The notes under the pieces were generated by a model, which was not told the DNA's origin, did not search any database, and worked only from the letters and a program-made list of their open reading frames with translations. A stretch of DNA of 64,000 bases from Raillietiella orientalis (Eukaryota), in NCBI GenBank assembly GCA_036172245.1, contig JAYWIR010000028.1, positions 124,001 to 188,000 on the forward strand, read 5' to 3'. Both the position numbers and the translations under genes were made by a program. This document shows positions 1 to 13,499 of the stretch, piece after piece (position 1 is the stretch's first letter; every line of letters starts with the position of its first letter).

Positions 1-1027
1 GGAAGAGGAGGGGGGGGGGAGAAGGGGCGGACGTCCCGACAAATGAGGGTGGAAGGCGCGGTGATTTATGGTTGCGGAGAGATGAGTTGACAAGGAGGAT
101 GCTGCGAGCGAGAGCGCGACGGAGTGTGGCATTTTCTTCCAGGGGTCCGCCGCTCCCGAGGAGGCAGAGAGACGTCGACCCCGAGAGAGGAACGCGGCTC
201 CCGTCCGAGCCCGCGCGGGCTCGCGGGACGCTGCCACAGTCGAAGGCCGTCCATTCCCTCGCCGGGAAGGCCAGGAAGGGATCGACTCCCCGAGTCCTCC
301 CGCCCAGCAGGTGGGACGTGGGCGGATCCTTCCTGGACTTCGCTCATTCCTTCCCTCCCCACCCCCGCGCCTTCCCTGGTCGTCGTCATCGTCGTCCCTG
401 GAGGCCCCTCGCCCCGACGCGGACAGCCTGGAGGGGGAGCGGGGCGACTGCCAGGAGTTCCAGAGATCTCTGTGCGGTCACCGTCCTTGGTGGGGGGACA
501 CGACGACGATGTCCCCCTTCCTTTATCGCAAGGGAGGTAGGGGAAGGCTCGTCCGGCAGAAGGCGCGCAGATCGAGGGGCAGATAACCGTCTCTCCTCTT
601 CCTCCTGCTCCCTTGGCGGCTGGTCAGCTACCCCGGAGGCGGCGACAGCGTGGTCCTTTCCCCGTTCCGTTTTCCGCACCCGTCCCGCCGATCCCTCGCC
701 ACAAGGGGGAGACCGCAAGGGGCTCGCCGAAGAGTCAGGTTACGGACCGCTTCGAGGCGGGGAGCGCCTTGGCAACCGTCTCCTGGCGCGGGGTCAGGCG
801 GCCGGCCGGCTGTCTCCGAGGGAACAAAGCGGCTGCGGCGCTCCCCGCCGACACTGCGGGCTTCCCATTCATGGCGAGGAAAGGGGGGGAGGGGGAAGAG
901 TGGGGCGGAACTCGGGGAACGACCCCTAGCCGCTCCTTGCTGTCCAACTCAGAGGCAGCCAATAGGAGCTGCCCCAAGGCGTGGAGGTCTGACGGGGAAA
1001 GGATAGGGGCGGGAAGGGTCGAGGACG

Positions 1028-1052
1028 CAAACAAACAAACAAACAAACAAAC
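1028..1052. repeat. (AAAC)n microsatellite
   Basis: aaacaaacaaacaaacaaacaaac read directly. Confidence 0.85.
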
Positions 1053-4000
1053 GTCTCGCGCGCGGGCAGGAGGGCAGACAGAGAATCCCAAGGCGTCTTC
1101 TCCCGGCCGACAGGAAGAAGGGGAAAGGGCAAAGGAAGGAAGCCCTGGGGAAGCTGGTGAGGGGCGAGGAGGGTGGCCCCCGCAGCCGCTCTGGAAACGG
1201 GAAGGGCGAGTCGGCTAGCAAAGAGGGCCCCGGAGAAGAGCGGCGGCATTGAGGAAGGACTTGGGGGTCAATCAGATGCCGAGCCCTAGCCAGGGTCTCC
1301 GGTCAGACCGATCCCCGAATCCCTACGACGGCGACGGCGACGGCGAACGTGCTGGTCCAGAGCAGGAAGCCGCGAAGACCCTTCATCCGCCTTCTCCTGC
1401 TTTCCTCCTTTTCCCCTCGGACATCTCTACCGAGAGCAAATGGCCCCTTCGAAGGGTTCACGGAATTAGTGCGGCCCTCCGTCACCCCCGGGAGCATCTC
1501 CCGGGAAAGGAGAGAAAGGGAACGAAGGAGCGACGGGAAGTCGCGTCGTTCCCCTGTTCTCCCTTCCCATTATCTTTCCTGCTCCTTGAGGGTGCGAGGG
1601 AAGGGAGGAGCAACGGCGGCACGTTCGAGAGGGCTTCCCCGGGCGCTCACGGGTCCGCTCATGAGGAAAACCGGGGGCCGGCCTATCGAGACCTCTTCTG
1701 GAAAATGAAGGGGTGCGCGAAGTAAAGTTGTTCCCGTCTGAGAAGGGCCCTCAGATGGGGGGGGAGGAAGTCGACTGGTCTTCTCCGCCTCCCCACTCCT
1801 TTTTCCGCAATCCCTAGCTCCCAGGAAGCGCCCAGGGGCACGACCTCGCGTGAGCCGCATGAGGCGGAGCATGGTGGGGAGCTGCCCGTCTCCTTCCCTT
1901 CCCCTTCCTCCCCCTGGATGATGAGGTCCGCCGCCGACAGCAGCATCCTAGAGAGGTAGGCGCTCCAACCTCCGGGAATTCCCTCACCCTCCTCCCAGCA
2001 TGCGTGGGACCGATTACCCCTGCTCCTTTCCCCTTCCCTTCCCTTCTCTTCCCTGCGTCCGCGTCCCCCGAAGAATCACCACGCGGGTGGGGCCGGAAGG
2101 GAGTCCGAGGGAGTGCGGAGGCGAGCCGGAACCCGCTCTCGGCGTGTTCGGGAGATGAAAGCGGCCGGGTGGGAGGGAAGGGGAGGCCTCGCCCACGTCG
2201 CGGATCGCCCTGGGAGAAGGCGGGGCCGTTGACCCCGCAGGTGCGGTGCGGGTGCGGCCTCTCCCAGACGGGAGGCAAAGGCGGACTGGAGCATCCGTTG
2301 GCACGGGTGCCCACGGGAGGGACGGAAGGGAGGAAAACCTTCCTGGTATCGAATCGACCCGGGTTTCAGGGAAGGGGAACTGCCGCCCAGTTCCCCTCAT
2401 CCTTCGTACTTGCGCCCCACCCTTCCTACTCCCTCTAGGGTCTCGGGAACGCCCTAGAGACATGCCGCATCCTAGCAAGAGGAGGCGGAAGGAGGATGAG
2501 GCGGGAAGCAGTCCTCGGAACTCCTCCCCCATCCAGGGTGTTGACGCGACCTCCCGGAGGGAGAGGGCCTTCTCCTGCCCTTTTCCTCGCAGGGGGCTGC
2601 ATGTCTGAGGGAGCAGAAACGCTCGCGGGTGGCTTCCTTCCTGTTTCCCCGCCCCTCCTCCCCCCCACCTCGCGGGAAGGCAGAGAGACCGACCGAGCCG
2701 TGCGCGCACCCGTGAGGGTTGCGGAGGACCGGAAGCGTCAGCTCGGAGGTGCGTGGGAGACCTCACCACCAACAGCCCTTTCCCCGCCCCCTTCTTCTCA
2801 CCCCCTCGCCCCTGCCCGACGGCATGATTTTTGTTGTTCCTTCCGTTCCGAAACGGGGTCTTTCCGTCCACCTGGAGTGCGACTCCGAAGACTAGAAGGG
2901 GAGCGCGCCCGCGTAGGCCCCCTCGCACCTTTTACAGAGGGCCAGAAGCGCCCTCCGTTTTTTGGGAGGAGAAGTTTGGGAAACTCTTGGTCACGGTGAG
3001 GCCTCCCAGTGGGCCGGTGGCCCCTCGACCTCGCCCCTCTTCCCAGGCAGGTGGGGAATCGAGGGGAAGGGGAGGTCTTGCAGATGGTGGCAGACGGGGG
3101 GGAGGAGCACGGCGCCTCTGTTCTGGCCTCGCCCCCGCTTCGCGAGAGGCAGATCGGAAGGAGAGCACGCGAGCTCCATCTGCGCGCAGGTCGAGGCGCC
3201 TCCGCCAAGCCTCCGGCTCTGCTCCGCTCGGAGACCCCGCTGCCTTCCCTCCCTCCCTCGCCAAGAGAGGAGCCGCCGAAGACCGTGGGTGTCCGGTTTC
3301 ACGAGCACCACGCGAGGGGCGGCGGACCCCCTAATAGCCGCCGCCCGTGTCCGCAGAAGGCGGCGCGGCCTCCGCGCGAGTCCTCTGCGCGCGAGCCCGA
3401 GGACAAGGGTCCGAAGAACAATTTCTGCCCCCCCGGCTCCCAGCTGGGGGGTTGGGGGAAAGGCTAGGACGGAAAGAACCGGAGGACGCGGCGTCTTGCC
3501 CCTGGGCGCACGAGGGATCCACCGCTCCGAGAAGCGCCATCCGGAGTGCGCTGCGGAGTCTCTGAGGCAGAAGCAGCGGCAGAGGGAGGGGGAATTTTCA
3601 GGAGGGAGGACAGCAAAGGGAGCACCCGATCCATTCGGGTTCGGTGGCTGCTCCCCGACGAAACTGGAAGCTGCGAGTGCCGCAACCCATCTCGGTCCAC
3701 TGGAAGGTTCCAGGACGCGGACGCGGGAGACTAGAGCCCCCATCTTCCGCAGCTCCCACGTCATGCGGGCAGGCGCGGCGTCCGCGGGCGCGCGAGAACA
3801 TCGCGCCGTGCTGCCGCTGCCTTGACATTCGAGGGGAAAACCCCTCCACCCCCCTCCGCGAATCCTTCCGGAATGAGCAGAGAATTTTTTTTCTCTCTTT
3901 TCTTTCGTTTCCTCCCCTCCCCCCCCCCCCTCCTCTTCTCTCCCCCGCCCCACCCGATCCTTCCTGCCTTCCGCCGTTTCCACGCGAGAGAGTCACAGAG

Positions 4001-5039
4001 GCAGCGGTAGGCGGCGAAGGAAAGTTCCCTTTGCCGCTGCTAGACGGCAGCATTGCGGCGCCCCCCGCCGAAGGGAGGCGCACAGACTCCCAACAGCGCT
4101 CGGCGGCAGCTGAGACTCGAGAGTTGCACGCGGAAGCTCTTCCGTGAGCGTCGTGCGCGCACGAGTACGTCCGCCTACAGGGTGGGCCGGAAGGCACACC
4201 GCCCCGCGCTCCGAAGGCGGTCATCCCGAGGCGCCACACCTACCGTGACCTCCCAAGGGGCTCGAGAATGGACGACGCCAACAAAGTTGGCGTTGCCTCG
4301 CTACCTCTCCCCTCCTACCGCCGATTCGAGCATGGCGCGCGCGCGCACGCACTGGTCGCAAGAGGAGGCGGACGATTCCGAGAGCTCCGTCACGACCAGT
4401 GCGTGAGCGGAGCGCCACCGTATCGCTGCGATCCCGCTGGCGCACATGCGTGCGAGGAAGGGTCGCGTGGCCTTGCCGGCGAACGCCGGGAAGCCGCGTA
4501 CATCCGCACGCTTTCGGAAAAAGTCATGGTTTCCGGGTTATTCGGCGTGTTGATTCTCTTTTTACACTGCTGCAGCCTCCACTTTTCTTTCTTTTCCTTT
4601 TCCTCTCCTTCTTTTTTTTTTTTTTTTGTCTTCCTCTTTGCAAGAGCAAATTCTTCAGCGTCCAGTTCGTGTTGCCCTACCTTCGACTCTCGCACGCTTG
4701 ACCTTTCCAGCCCCGGGGAACCCCCGCTCGCTCTTCAGGTCAGGAGGAGGGTCTGGTGCATCCGGGGTGTTTTGCTGCAGCCACTGCCGTCTGCGAACTT
4801 CGCAGACGGCAAGAGGACGACGAGCGGCACCTACTCGACCCCACGAGGGGGAGAGGGAACCTTCCGATGCCGTTCTTCCCGTCCTTCCCCTCCCCTTCCC
4901 TTCCCCTCTCCGACAGGTTTCTCTTCCCGAAAGGAGCTACGGACCGATTCTACCGGAGCCGCATGGGCGTGACGACGAGGGGGGGGAGTTCTGGAGAAGC
5001 GTGCGTGGACGGCTCGGGACGCGCACCCCTCTCTCGGGA

Positions 5040-5460
5040 ACATCTCCTTCGAGCCGGTTGCCAAGTGAGCTGTCCGCGCGTAGCGGCGAGCTCAGCCAAT
5101 CACCCGGCAGCTCGGACGCAATGCCCTGGGGGACTCGACGGAGATCGCGTAAGGCAGACGGCGAAGCGGGATCGGGTCGCCTGGACATGATGACAAGGCT
5201 TCTACGGTCCGCCACCGCTGTTTGGCGAAAGCCTGGAGTCCCGGAAGCTAGCGAGCAGGAAGAGGAACCCATCGAAAGCCGGGCCTCGGGAGAAACCGGA
5301 AGACGAATGGGAGTAGGTGCGTTCGACACCCCCTTCATTGCAGGGGATCTAAGAAGCTCGGCACCTGATTCACCTGGAAGCTGCTAGACGGAAGCCTCCG
5401 TTTGGCGAAGGTCGCATATATCAAATCCTGGAAGATCTGGACCTGCCTGGAGGAGGTTCT
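5040..5460 (-). mobile_element. Decayed CR1/L2-type LINE reverse transcriptase fragment
   Basis: The minus strand gives, in the correct order, QDLIYATFAK (cf. DVIYLDFAKAFD), ADRRSLVIMS..RRVPQG (cf. SDRRQRVV..GVPQG) and ELPGDWLSSPLRADS (cf. DLP..LFADD). Catalytic residues are degenerate and the spacing is longer than usual. Motif match by eye. Confidence 0.4.
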
Positions 5461-5979
5461 AGATCTGAGGTTCGTCGCCTCCACATGCTTTTCCTGGTTC
5501 CTTTCTTTTTTTTGGGGGGGGGGGGGATGATGGGAAAGGGGAGGAGGAGCGAGAGAGCAAAGAAAAGGAAGCATCGCAGCCACACGGGACTCACGTGCTC
5601 TATGGGCTTGCAGTTTCGTGGATCCTCCCCACAACTGAAGCACCTGTCCAGGCCTGGATGGTAGTGGAGGGTCGCTCCTGGCCGGGGAGGAGACAAAGGG
5701 AACTCTGGCGGAGGTCCGCAGCACAACCCTTGAGCAACAAATTGGTCCGACGCACTCGAGACGGGAGGAAGACGAATCGAACCATTTGGAAGCACATGGT
5801 CCCCTTCGGAATCTGCCCCTCTCTCAGGATATCTGGAGCTCGTCGAGGAGGAAGCCAGGGAAAGAACTCTCTTGTTGCAGAGCCGGTGGCCTTGAGGCTG
5901 AAATGGTCTGAACTATTCCCCATCTTTAAGTGGTCGACGAGTCCGTCTTATTTCAAGGGCATGAGCAGACCCTTCGTAG

Positions 5980-8200
5980 CGAGCGAACTGGTAGCGGCGT
6001 CCAACGCAACACCAGCTGCATCCCACGGGGAGGTGTTGGTTGCTACGGGTAGCAGGACGTTGGCAATCACGGAAGCGCATCTAAGGGATGCGCAGCCTAT
6101 TCGCGTTGAAGCAGCCAGCTCTTAACCGGATGGGTGGCTTTCAAGCGTCGATCCAGAGCCCAGACGCCGGTTCCTGCCCTCTGGCGCGCTCCTGTCTGAG
6201 GACAGGGCACTCAAGTTCCTTAGGATTCGGCGAGCAGATGAGTGGCGACGGTGTGAGCGGAAGGCTTTGAGCTCGGAGTCGCCTCCGGCGCAGATGTTAG
6301 TGCTGATAGGCCGATGCGCCCCGGAAAATTCCGAGCGTGCTCTGTTCGACCCCGAGTTCCCGCTCTTCCTGGAAGGACTCTCATTTTGTGCTGAGTCGCC
6401 AATGCTGGCCGCCGGGAACAGACGTAGGAAAGGCCCTATAGCTTTTTCGCAGGAGGTGCACACGTATTGCTGACCCCTCAGGAAGAAACCTGGGGGTCGA
6501 CGAGACTCCCCGAGGTCTCAGAGGGAGGAGGAAAGTAAGAAGGCTTCCTTCGGCTCCGTTTCGAACATCTGCAGGGAGTTGCTGGCGGGATGAGACACAC
6601 AAAGTCAGCTCACCTTAGAGAGGAGCCGACGGATGAGCTGCGCGAGAAAGAAGGTCCATGACAGCGTCACGAGTCGCCGGCCTACCCATTCCCCCAATTC
6701 CCATCGAGGGTATCGACGGGGAGAAGGTCAATCATCTTTGTGGGGAGGCTTTCGCAGCACCGGTGTTTAGGAAGGTGCGCCAAGACCATGAACTCCATCC
6801 GTACGAACTCCATCGGCGACGAGAAATTCATCCTTGTTCGAGAGAGTTTCGCTCCTCTGCGTTTGCTTTGATGCATGGAGGAGGAGCGAACTCTCTCGAA
6901 CAAGGATGGACATCAAGCACTTCACTTCTTTCACGGATACTTCCTTCGTCCATCAACCCAATAAATAGGACAGGTGGGAAAGGAGAGCGCCAAAGTGCCG
7001 CGTCACCTCCCAGGGATGTTCCAGGATCGTCTGGGTGGAACAGGAAGGAAAGTGGACTGGGATCCGGATGCTGAGGAAACGGAAATTTCCAGTCCCCCAT
7101 CGCCCATACCACAGGAATCCAGAGAAAAGGTGCTGCGGGATACCTGATTCACAAGAGCAGGGCGAGAAGGAGGTCGCAAGGGTCCTCTCCTTAATGGGAG
7201 AAGACGGTGACAGCGTGAAAGGAACAGACCGGTCCTTCGAGGGGTATGCGAGCCGCCCGCCTCCTCATGAAACCAACGTTACGGATGGCCAAAGCATGGC
7301 CAGCTGCCATCTAGAAACCGCTGCATTTCCGGAGTGCTGGGTATTTTCCCGACCAATCCTCGTGGGGCGACCATCCCCCAGTCAGTGCATCACCTTCCTC
7401 TGTCGAGTGGGAAGCATACGGAAGATGAGCTCGCGCCTCCTGCATGGAAGTCCCAACCGGGTATGCACGGATGCTCTCTCCAGACCCAAAGCTAGCCCCA
7501 AGGCAGGACTCATGAGGAACGTTGGACGCAAGCATTGCAGGCTCAGAGGACACATGCCAGGCCCTGGGATCAAAAGGGGGAAGGGACGCGAAAATTTGCA
7601 GAACCGTCAGCATGATCGGCGCGAGCTAATCGATCCATTCCTTCGTCTGCTCATCCAAACAAAATGGCTGATGTAAGTGAAATGCATGCTGCCCATCAGG
7701 GCGCTCGCCTTCGCTTCCCAGCTTTTCCTTCAGGGCAGTCGGGGAAGATTAAACTTCCCGATCCGGGGAAAACATTCGCGGCAAATTGTTTTCCCGATGA
7801 GGTCTTCAGGGGTGTCGAATGAGAAGGAATTTGCCTGAGTGCTCCTGTCCATTTATCAGCAGTCCGGAAACCAAGTCGATGGGAGCCGAATCAGAAGTCG
7901 GAGGAGAACTTTTAAAACAAGATTTCATTTGATGTTTTGGACGCTGCTGCTGCTGCTGGCTTTGGTAAGCCAGCCGCGAAGCAACGTTCAGCAGCAAGCA
8001 GAGAGCACGAAATCGGGGAGGAGGGTTCTGGCTGAATAAAATGACAGGTACTTTCCCATACTTCTTTTTTCAAGGGATCCATTCGAAAGATGACCTCCAT
8101 CCGGCAACGCTTCCAGCTCGGAGAGCTCGACAACGCTTTCTCACAAGTCATCCAATCCTTTGGAGAATCTTGGGCTACATGGTTGGCTGATGTAGAGAGA
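5980..8200 (+). mobile_element. Decayed near-full-length non-LTR retrotransposon ORF2 (AP endonuclease + RT, RTE-like)
   Basis: Collinear motifs across frames. Endonuclease-like: RTLAITEAHLR (~6055), then MLVLIG..LSFCAESPML (~6295-6410). RT-like: EKEVARVLSLM, CHLETAAFPECW..PSPSQC and KAGLMR (7165-7520), GLQGC (7801-7815), LLSIY..HLMFWTLLLLLA (degenerate FADD region, 7840-7960) and SIRQRF..NAFSQV (8095-8150). Many frameshifts. Confidence 0.55.
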
Positions 8201-11016
8201 GGGGGGTGTGCTTACCTAAAACGATTTTCTGGACGGACTCACAAGGAAGAATCCAAGTTGCGAAGGAATCATTCACCTTGCGATGGAATCATTCGCAAGG
8301 GAATAGGTCTTTTGATCCTTTTTCCTTGTAAAAGCAAGATCATGTAAGCGAGAGCGCTGAAAATGGACGCTTTGATGTGGATGCGTCTCTCTCTTATGAA
8401 GTACATTATTAAATAAATATTTCAGCGTTAGTCATGTGTGCAATCCGGCTTCTCTGCTACAAATCAAAGTATGTCTTTGGAGTGTTCCTACCGGAACAGT
8501 GCAACTCTGAAACCCGCGGCCTCTATTTCATCATTACAAATGTTTATATGATCCATGGACGCGTGAATGTGAAGATGCATTCCTTATTTTGGCAGATGTT
8601 TCACAGCGTGTGACTTTAAACTCGGTGCCGTATTTTCTCGTTGCCGTTCGGTTCATTTGTGTGAAGCAGTTGGTACTTCAACCTTGACGTCATTCCATCA
8701 ACCTTATTAGTCTGATGAAACGACATCTACCTAAATATGCTTTGATCTGACATTTGTAGATATTTGTAAACAGATATCCTCAAATCCACGCAACGAACAC
8801 GTAGATTCATGGTCTCTCCTAATTGACTGTGCTGAGCAGCGTTCCCGTACTCTGTGCTGCTGTTTGATGTCGAAAGTCTGCTGGAAATTTTAAGAGAAAA
8901 TCTGGATTCATGCACAACACGGAAAAACTCTTGGAAAGCAGTAAAGCCTGCATGGTCACACATCTGAATAGATATTCAGATGAATAGATATGCCATGTGT
9001 TTGCACTCGGATTCACCGACGAAATTCGAAAGGAGATTTCCGGAACCCCCCCCAAAAGGGTGTGGGGCCTCATTCGATGGTACACTTGAAGATGGCACAG
9101 TGCATTCAAAGATTCGCACGTGCATGGAAAGGTATGGGTGTGGTACCCATAAGCTACCTAAATGCAATGTACCTATAACATAGAACAGAAAAGGAAGCTC
9201 GGATTTTCTCGAATTATTGTGTAACTATTCGTGCTCGAAAATCACAAAATCCTCATTGGTCAATTACTGGGACATTGCATTCGTTGTTGAAACTAAGATT
9301 CTCACAGAAGGCAACAGCAAAAACAAAAGATGATGAGAGATAAGGATAAATCAATCTGTTCGCATGGTAAGATGAGCGCTGCAGCTTCGTGTAGCGTTTT
9401 GCGAAATGAGCGCAAAAATCAGAAACGCATGGAAATTTCGTACATCGCTCCAACATGATGACAGCTTCCTAACAAGACGAAGCTTTACTTGACAGTCCGT
9501 AAGAGAAAAATAAGAGGCTTGTATAGGTAAGATGTATTGGCACTTGCCCGTTTGAGTCACGACACAGGCAGCAACGGAACAATTAGAGCGCACAATCCTT
9601 TTTCCCTTTTTGATAGAAAGAAAAAGGCAAACCCTGGCTGAAAGCTTGGTTTGCTGTTACCAACTCTACTTTCCTGTCTTTCTGTGTCTTCCGTGCACTA
9701 AATTCTACGAAAAATATCCTAGAGTATTGAAAATGCACTTCTTAAGATTATCTTGAGGTCGGCAGTAATGCTTCCACACATAGATGACCAATGGTTCCTT
9801 AGTTTGATTTTTTTTTTTTTTTTCTACTAAAAACACAGGATCCAGAAGAAACAATTACATGCCCAACGAACGCACAAAGAAAAACGAAAAATGAAGAGCT
9901 GAAATAATTCCTACTTCTGGAGACAAAAGAATAAACCTGTTCAGTTGTTTAATTCAGGGAGGAAATACTTTCATCGAAAACTGACCTTGTCTTTTTCTAA
10001 CCAGGGAATGTTATATCGAAAAATTAGCGATTTAACGAAACGGAATACAACTCTTATCTTGATGAATCTGCATTTCCCCTCTCTTGAGCTGAATATAATT
10101 TACTTAAGCAGGAAGGATTTTCTCTAACCTTGACTATCTCTTTCGTTATCCTCATCGCCCTGAACCTTACTGATTTCAAAATTCTGCATTACCTATTCCG
10201 TGATTACAAAATTTTGCACTGGGCATTGTTTTCACATAATCAGGAGGACGTGATCTTCCTGAACTTCTGCTCAAAGGGTCCTCACTGACCATAAAACACT
10301 GAAAACTCTTAGCAGTCATTACTGAAGCACTTCAGTTTATATAATCGTAATTTTGCGGCGAACATTTCTAAAAATTTTTAGCTTGTTCAGTCGAACTTCC
10401 GAGTTACTCGCGTTTTTTAAAACATGTGAAAATTTCACCCATGTGCCTTATTTTTCTCATTCAACTTGGTAAACTGACCAAAACGCAAACGAAAGTTTAC
10501 AAGAAGGTATAGATAGGTATTTTACGGGATATTTTCGAAGATAACGCAGGAAATTTCAGACAGATCAAAAAGTAATTTTTAATGCACTCAATAATAAGTA
10601 ATTACTGTATACGATTTCAGTATTTCTATGTTTCCACCAATGCTGTAATGAAATGAAGTTTTATTATGTTATTTTGTGATTTGTTAAAGATTTTTGTCGT
10701 TGTATTGTAATATGATTGGTGATGGAATTGTTTTATCCCTAGATGTATCCATTTATCTCGGAATCAAAACTGTTAAAAAACTGTGAAAATTAGGTTTCAG
10801 TTCTCGCAAAGCAAAGTTTCAACTTAATAATTTAATGATTGCGTCAGTAATGAGAACTAAAAGAATATTGCTTCCACTGGATAAAAAAAATACTATTTAG
10901 TTGCTAGATTATGCATCACTTGTATCTCTTTATTTCTTCAAATGAGAATAGGAAGAAGTTTTCGTGTATTTGATTGTCCTCATATTTTGTGAAGGTGCTC
11001 AATCTGGATTTAGTAC

Positions 11017-11069
11017 TTCATCTGCATGTACCATCCGGAATAGTTTCCGAGATGGTACATGCAGATGAA
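11017..11069. repeat. Near-perfect hairpin upstream of NDUFS6
   Basis: ttcatctgcatgtaccatc (11017-11035) is the exact reverse complement of gatggtacatgcagatgaa (11051-11069). The stem extends with cggaa/ttccg around a 4-nt loop, with a 1-nt bulge at 11050. Confidence 0.9.
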
Positions 11070-11077
11070 TTTCGCCG

Positions 11078-11084
11078 TGGCAAC
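11078..11084 (+). promoter_or_regulatory. TGGCAAC motif (RFX/X-box half-site-like) in the putative NDUFS6 promoter
   Basis: tggcaac lies about 110 nt upstream of the ATG. Its reverse complement gttgcca occurs at 31522-31528 upstream of the RRBP1-like gene. Function is inferred only. Confidence 0.3.
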
Positions 11085-11190
11085 CCTGCAACAATTACAA
11101 GATAATTTTGTAATGCAGCTCATTGCATTACTTACACAATGGAGAATTCTGTGATGAATTTCGTGGTAACGTTTTCATTTCGTTGAAATT

Positions 11191-12025
11191 ATGATTGCGA
11201 ATCGCGTATGCTACGATTTCCCAAAGTGGAGGTTATTTGCTCTGTATTTTAGAACATTTTCCTCCAAAATTAAATTGATTCCCGGGTCTTGGGCTCCTGA
11301 AGACACGGAAACACACACTGGACAGGTAAAAGTTTTTTGCAAGCTCTTGGAGCTTGGTAATTAGAGTGTAATCTTTTTTAACAGAAATGTAATGATACCA
11401 TGCGAATGGGGTGTGCATGCTATTCAGCATGAGCAGTTTTTTGTGTGTGTTTGAAAATATGCATCTCGAAGTTTTCGTGATATAAATTAACATACATTGT
11501 ACATGAAGTGTGTTTATCTATCCAAGAAAATAATGGTGATTGTACAAACTAATAATTAGGAAAGCCTAGGTAACATTGTATTTTTTGTTTTTATTTGTAT
11601 TTAGGTATGGGAAAAAGATGACTACAGATTATGCAGATTTGTCGACAAGGAAAAGTTAGTGAATGAAAATTTTGCCATAGATTTAATCAAAAGTGTACCA
11701 GTTCAGAAAGTAAAATCAAGAATAGTTGTATGTGAGGGAGGGAAAGGTGCTCTTGGTCACCCCAAAGTATATATAAATTTGGTAATCAGGTTTATATTAA
11801 TATTATTATTTGATTAAGTGACATAGTCATCGCACATCTCATATCATAACCTTAAGCCATCCATTTTTCAATAAGAAACGTCATGAGTGATGCATGTACT
11901 AAATATTCATCGAATTACTTTTCAAACTGATTAACATGTAACACTTTTTTTTATTCTTTCAGGATAAAGCTGGATCACATTCTTGTGGATATTGTGGCCT
12001 GAGATTTGAGCTTGATCTTCATTAA
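11191..12025 (+). CDS. NDUFS6: NADH:ubiquinone oxidoreductase subunit S6 (complex I 13 kDa Zn-binding subunit), mitochondrial
   Basis: Exons 11191-11325, 11605-11781 and 11963-12025, with GT-AG phase-0 introns of 279 and 181 nt, give 124 aa. An N-terminal presequence-like segment is followed by [57 protein letters not shown], the zf-CHCC signature of NDUFS6. Confidence 0.96.
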
Positions 12026-13499
12026 CAGTGTATTGTTGCACAACACTAATTTTTAACATAATACGGTATGTGTCAGTCAGTAATGCTGTTCACTTCATCA
12101 AACAGAATAGTAATTCAATCATTGAAATCCATGAAGTTTAAGGATTTTTTTTCATACTATAAAGCTTATTTTTTTTTGTGTGAAACAGGAAAGTTACATA
12201 GAACTTTGCGTTTTGCTGCTGATTATGGACAAGTGTTTTAAAGTGAACCATTCAAATATTTTAGTGAGTTTGTCTAGTAGTTTTGAATTCTAGAGTTTTA
12301 TGCTCAATATACCTTGAAAGAATTTATAAACGTATAGATTAATAATGTCGTACATGCATATTTATGTTTTACAAATATCTTCTGACTACAGTCAGAACAA
12401 CTTTTGATGCAGTTTTTTTGCTGTTCCTTTTTATTGATACTGATTTTTCTTTATTGTACAGATGTTCAAGCAGTTTGGTTAATGTACTGTTATGGACAAT
12501 TGTGTCAAGATTTGGATCAGTCCAGAATCTCAGTCCAGCTTTTACTGATACACATGATGTTCCTTTGGCAGGATGAAGATTCTTTCAGTAGTCCTAAAAT
12601 GAATTGCATATTGCTGAAAATGGAAGTGCAATAAATAATGTTGCTCTTTTGAAGTTATGACCATTTCACTCTAAGGCATATGTTGGAGGCCTGAATTTTT
12701 TTCACATTTAAATAAATCTGAAAACAGTTACATCTGTACCATTTTTATTCATTCTTTGGATGAACAGCTTAATTTTGTTGTTCAAGCTGATAAAGTGATA
12801 ACTTGGGAATCCTGCAAGGCACACCAAAGAAATCCTTTTAATTTCGAGTTTGACAGTGCTACATTTGTAAGTCAGCTTCATTTCATCATAATTCAATTGT
12901 GACAAATGTTTCCTTTATTACTCCATTATTAAAATATGAAAAATAAGTGAAATGAAAATGAGGTTTGATGAAAAAATTTATTGACTGAAAGAACTTTTGA
13001 CGTGAGTTTTTTTTTTCTTCAGTAACAAAGATTCAAAAGAACAAATCAAAATATGAGGATCATAATGATTTTGCTAATGACCTTTGTAACCCAAATTGAA
13101 AAGTTATGCACATTAAAGCATTTGCTTTTAAGTGAAAACACTGTCTTGCAATTTATTTTAGAATCAACGCCTGATGGATTGTGTGCATAATTTTTAAATT
13201 AAATTATGTATTCGTCCTCTCTGAGTTTTAAATGTTGGCACATAAGCACCACTGTTTTCAGAATCTCAGAATTTTAGAAATGGAAGGGCCCAACATAGAT
13301 GGTGAAACTAAGCCATGTTCGGGCTCAGTTTCACCATTTGCATAGTTTCAAGAATGTTTGGCATGAAACGAAATCATTTGGTGCCATCCTTATTTCCATA
13401 GAATAAAGAACTGCACTTCTTGGGAGAGATCTACGAAAACGAAGGAACAAAGCAGATTTTCTAGGATTTTGGAGGCATTTTCTTTCTGCAGTGAAATGT

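Noticed and set aside
66..5400. Many long overlapping ORFs (100-330 aa) on both strands
   Set aside because: Arg/Gly/Pro/Ser-rich translations in all frames, with no codon periodicity and no splice-consistent model. This is expected from stop-codon scarcity in very GC-rich DNA.
7932..7970. Signal-peptide-like mini-exon MFWTLLLLLAL followed by GTAAGC
   Set aside because: It falls where the HL.FADD..LLA motif of the surrounding decayed RT is expected, and the Leu run is a (CTG)n repeat. No downstream exon was found.
8840..9340. LLFDVESL (Penelope-RT-like) and HSLLKL..ILTEG (RTE-tail-like) snippets
   Set aside because: Too short, and without collinear supporting motifs.
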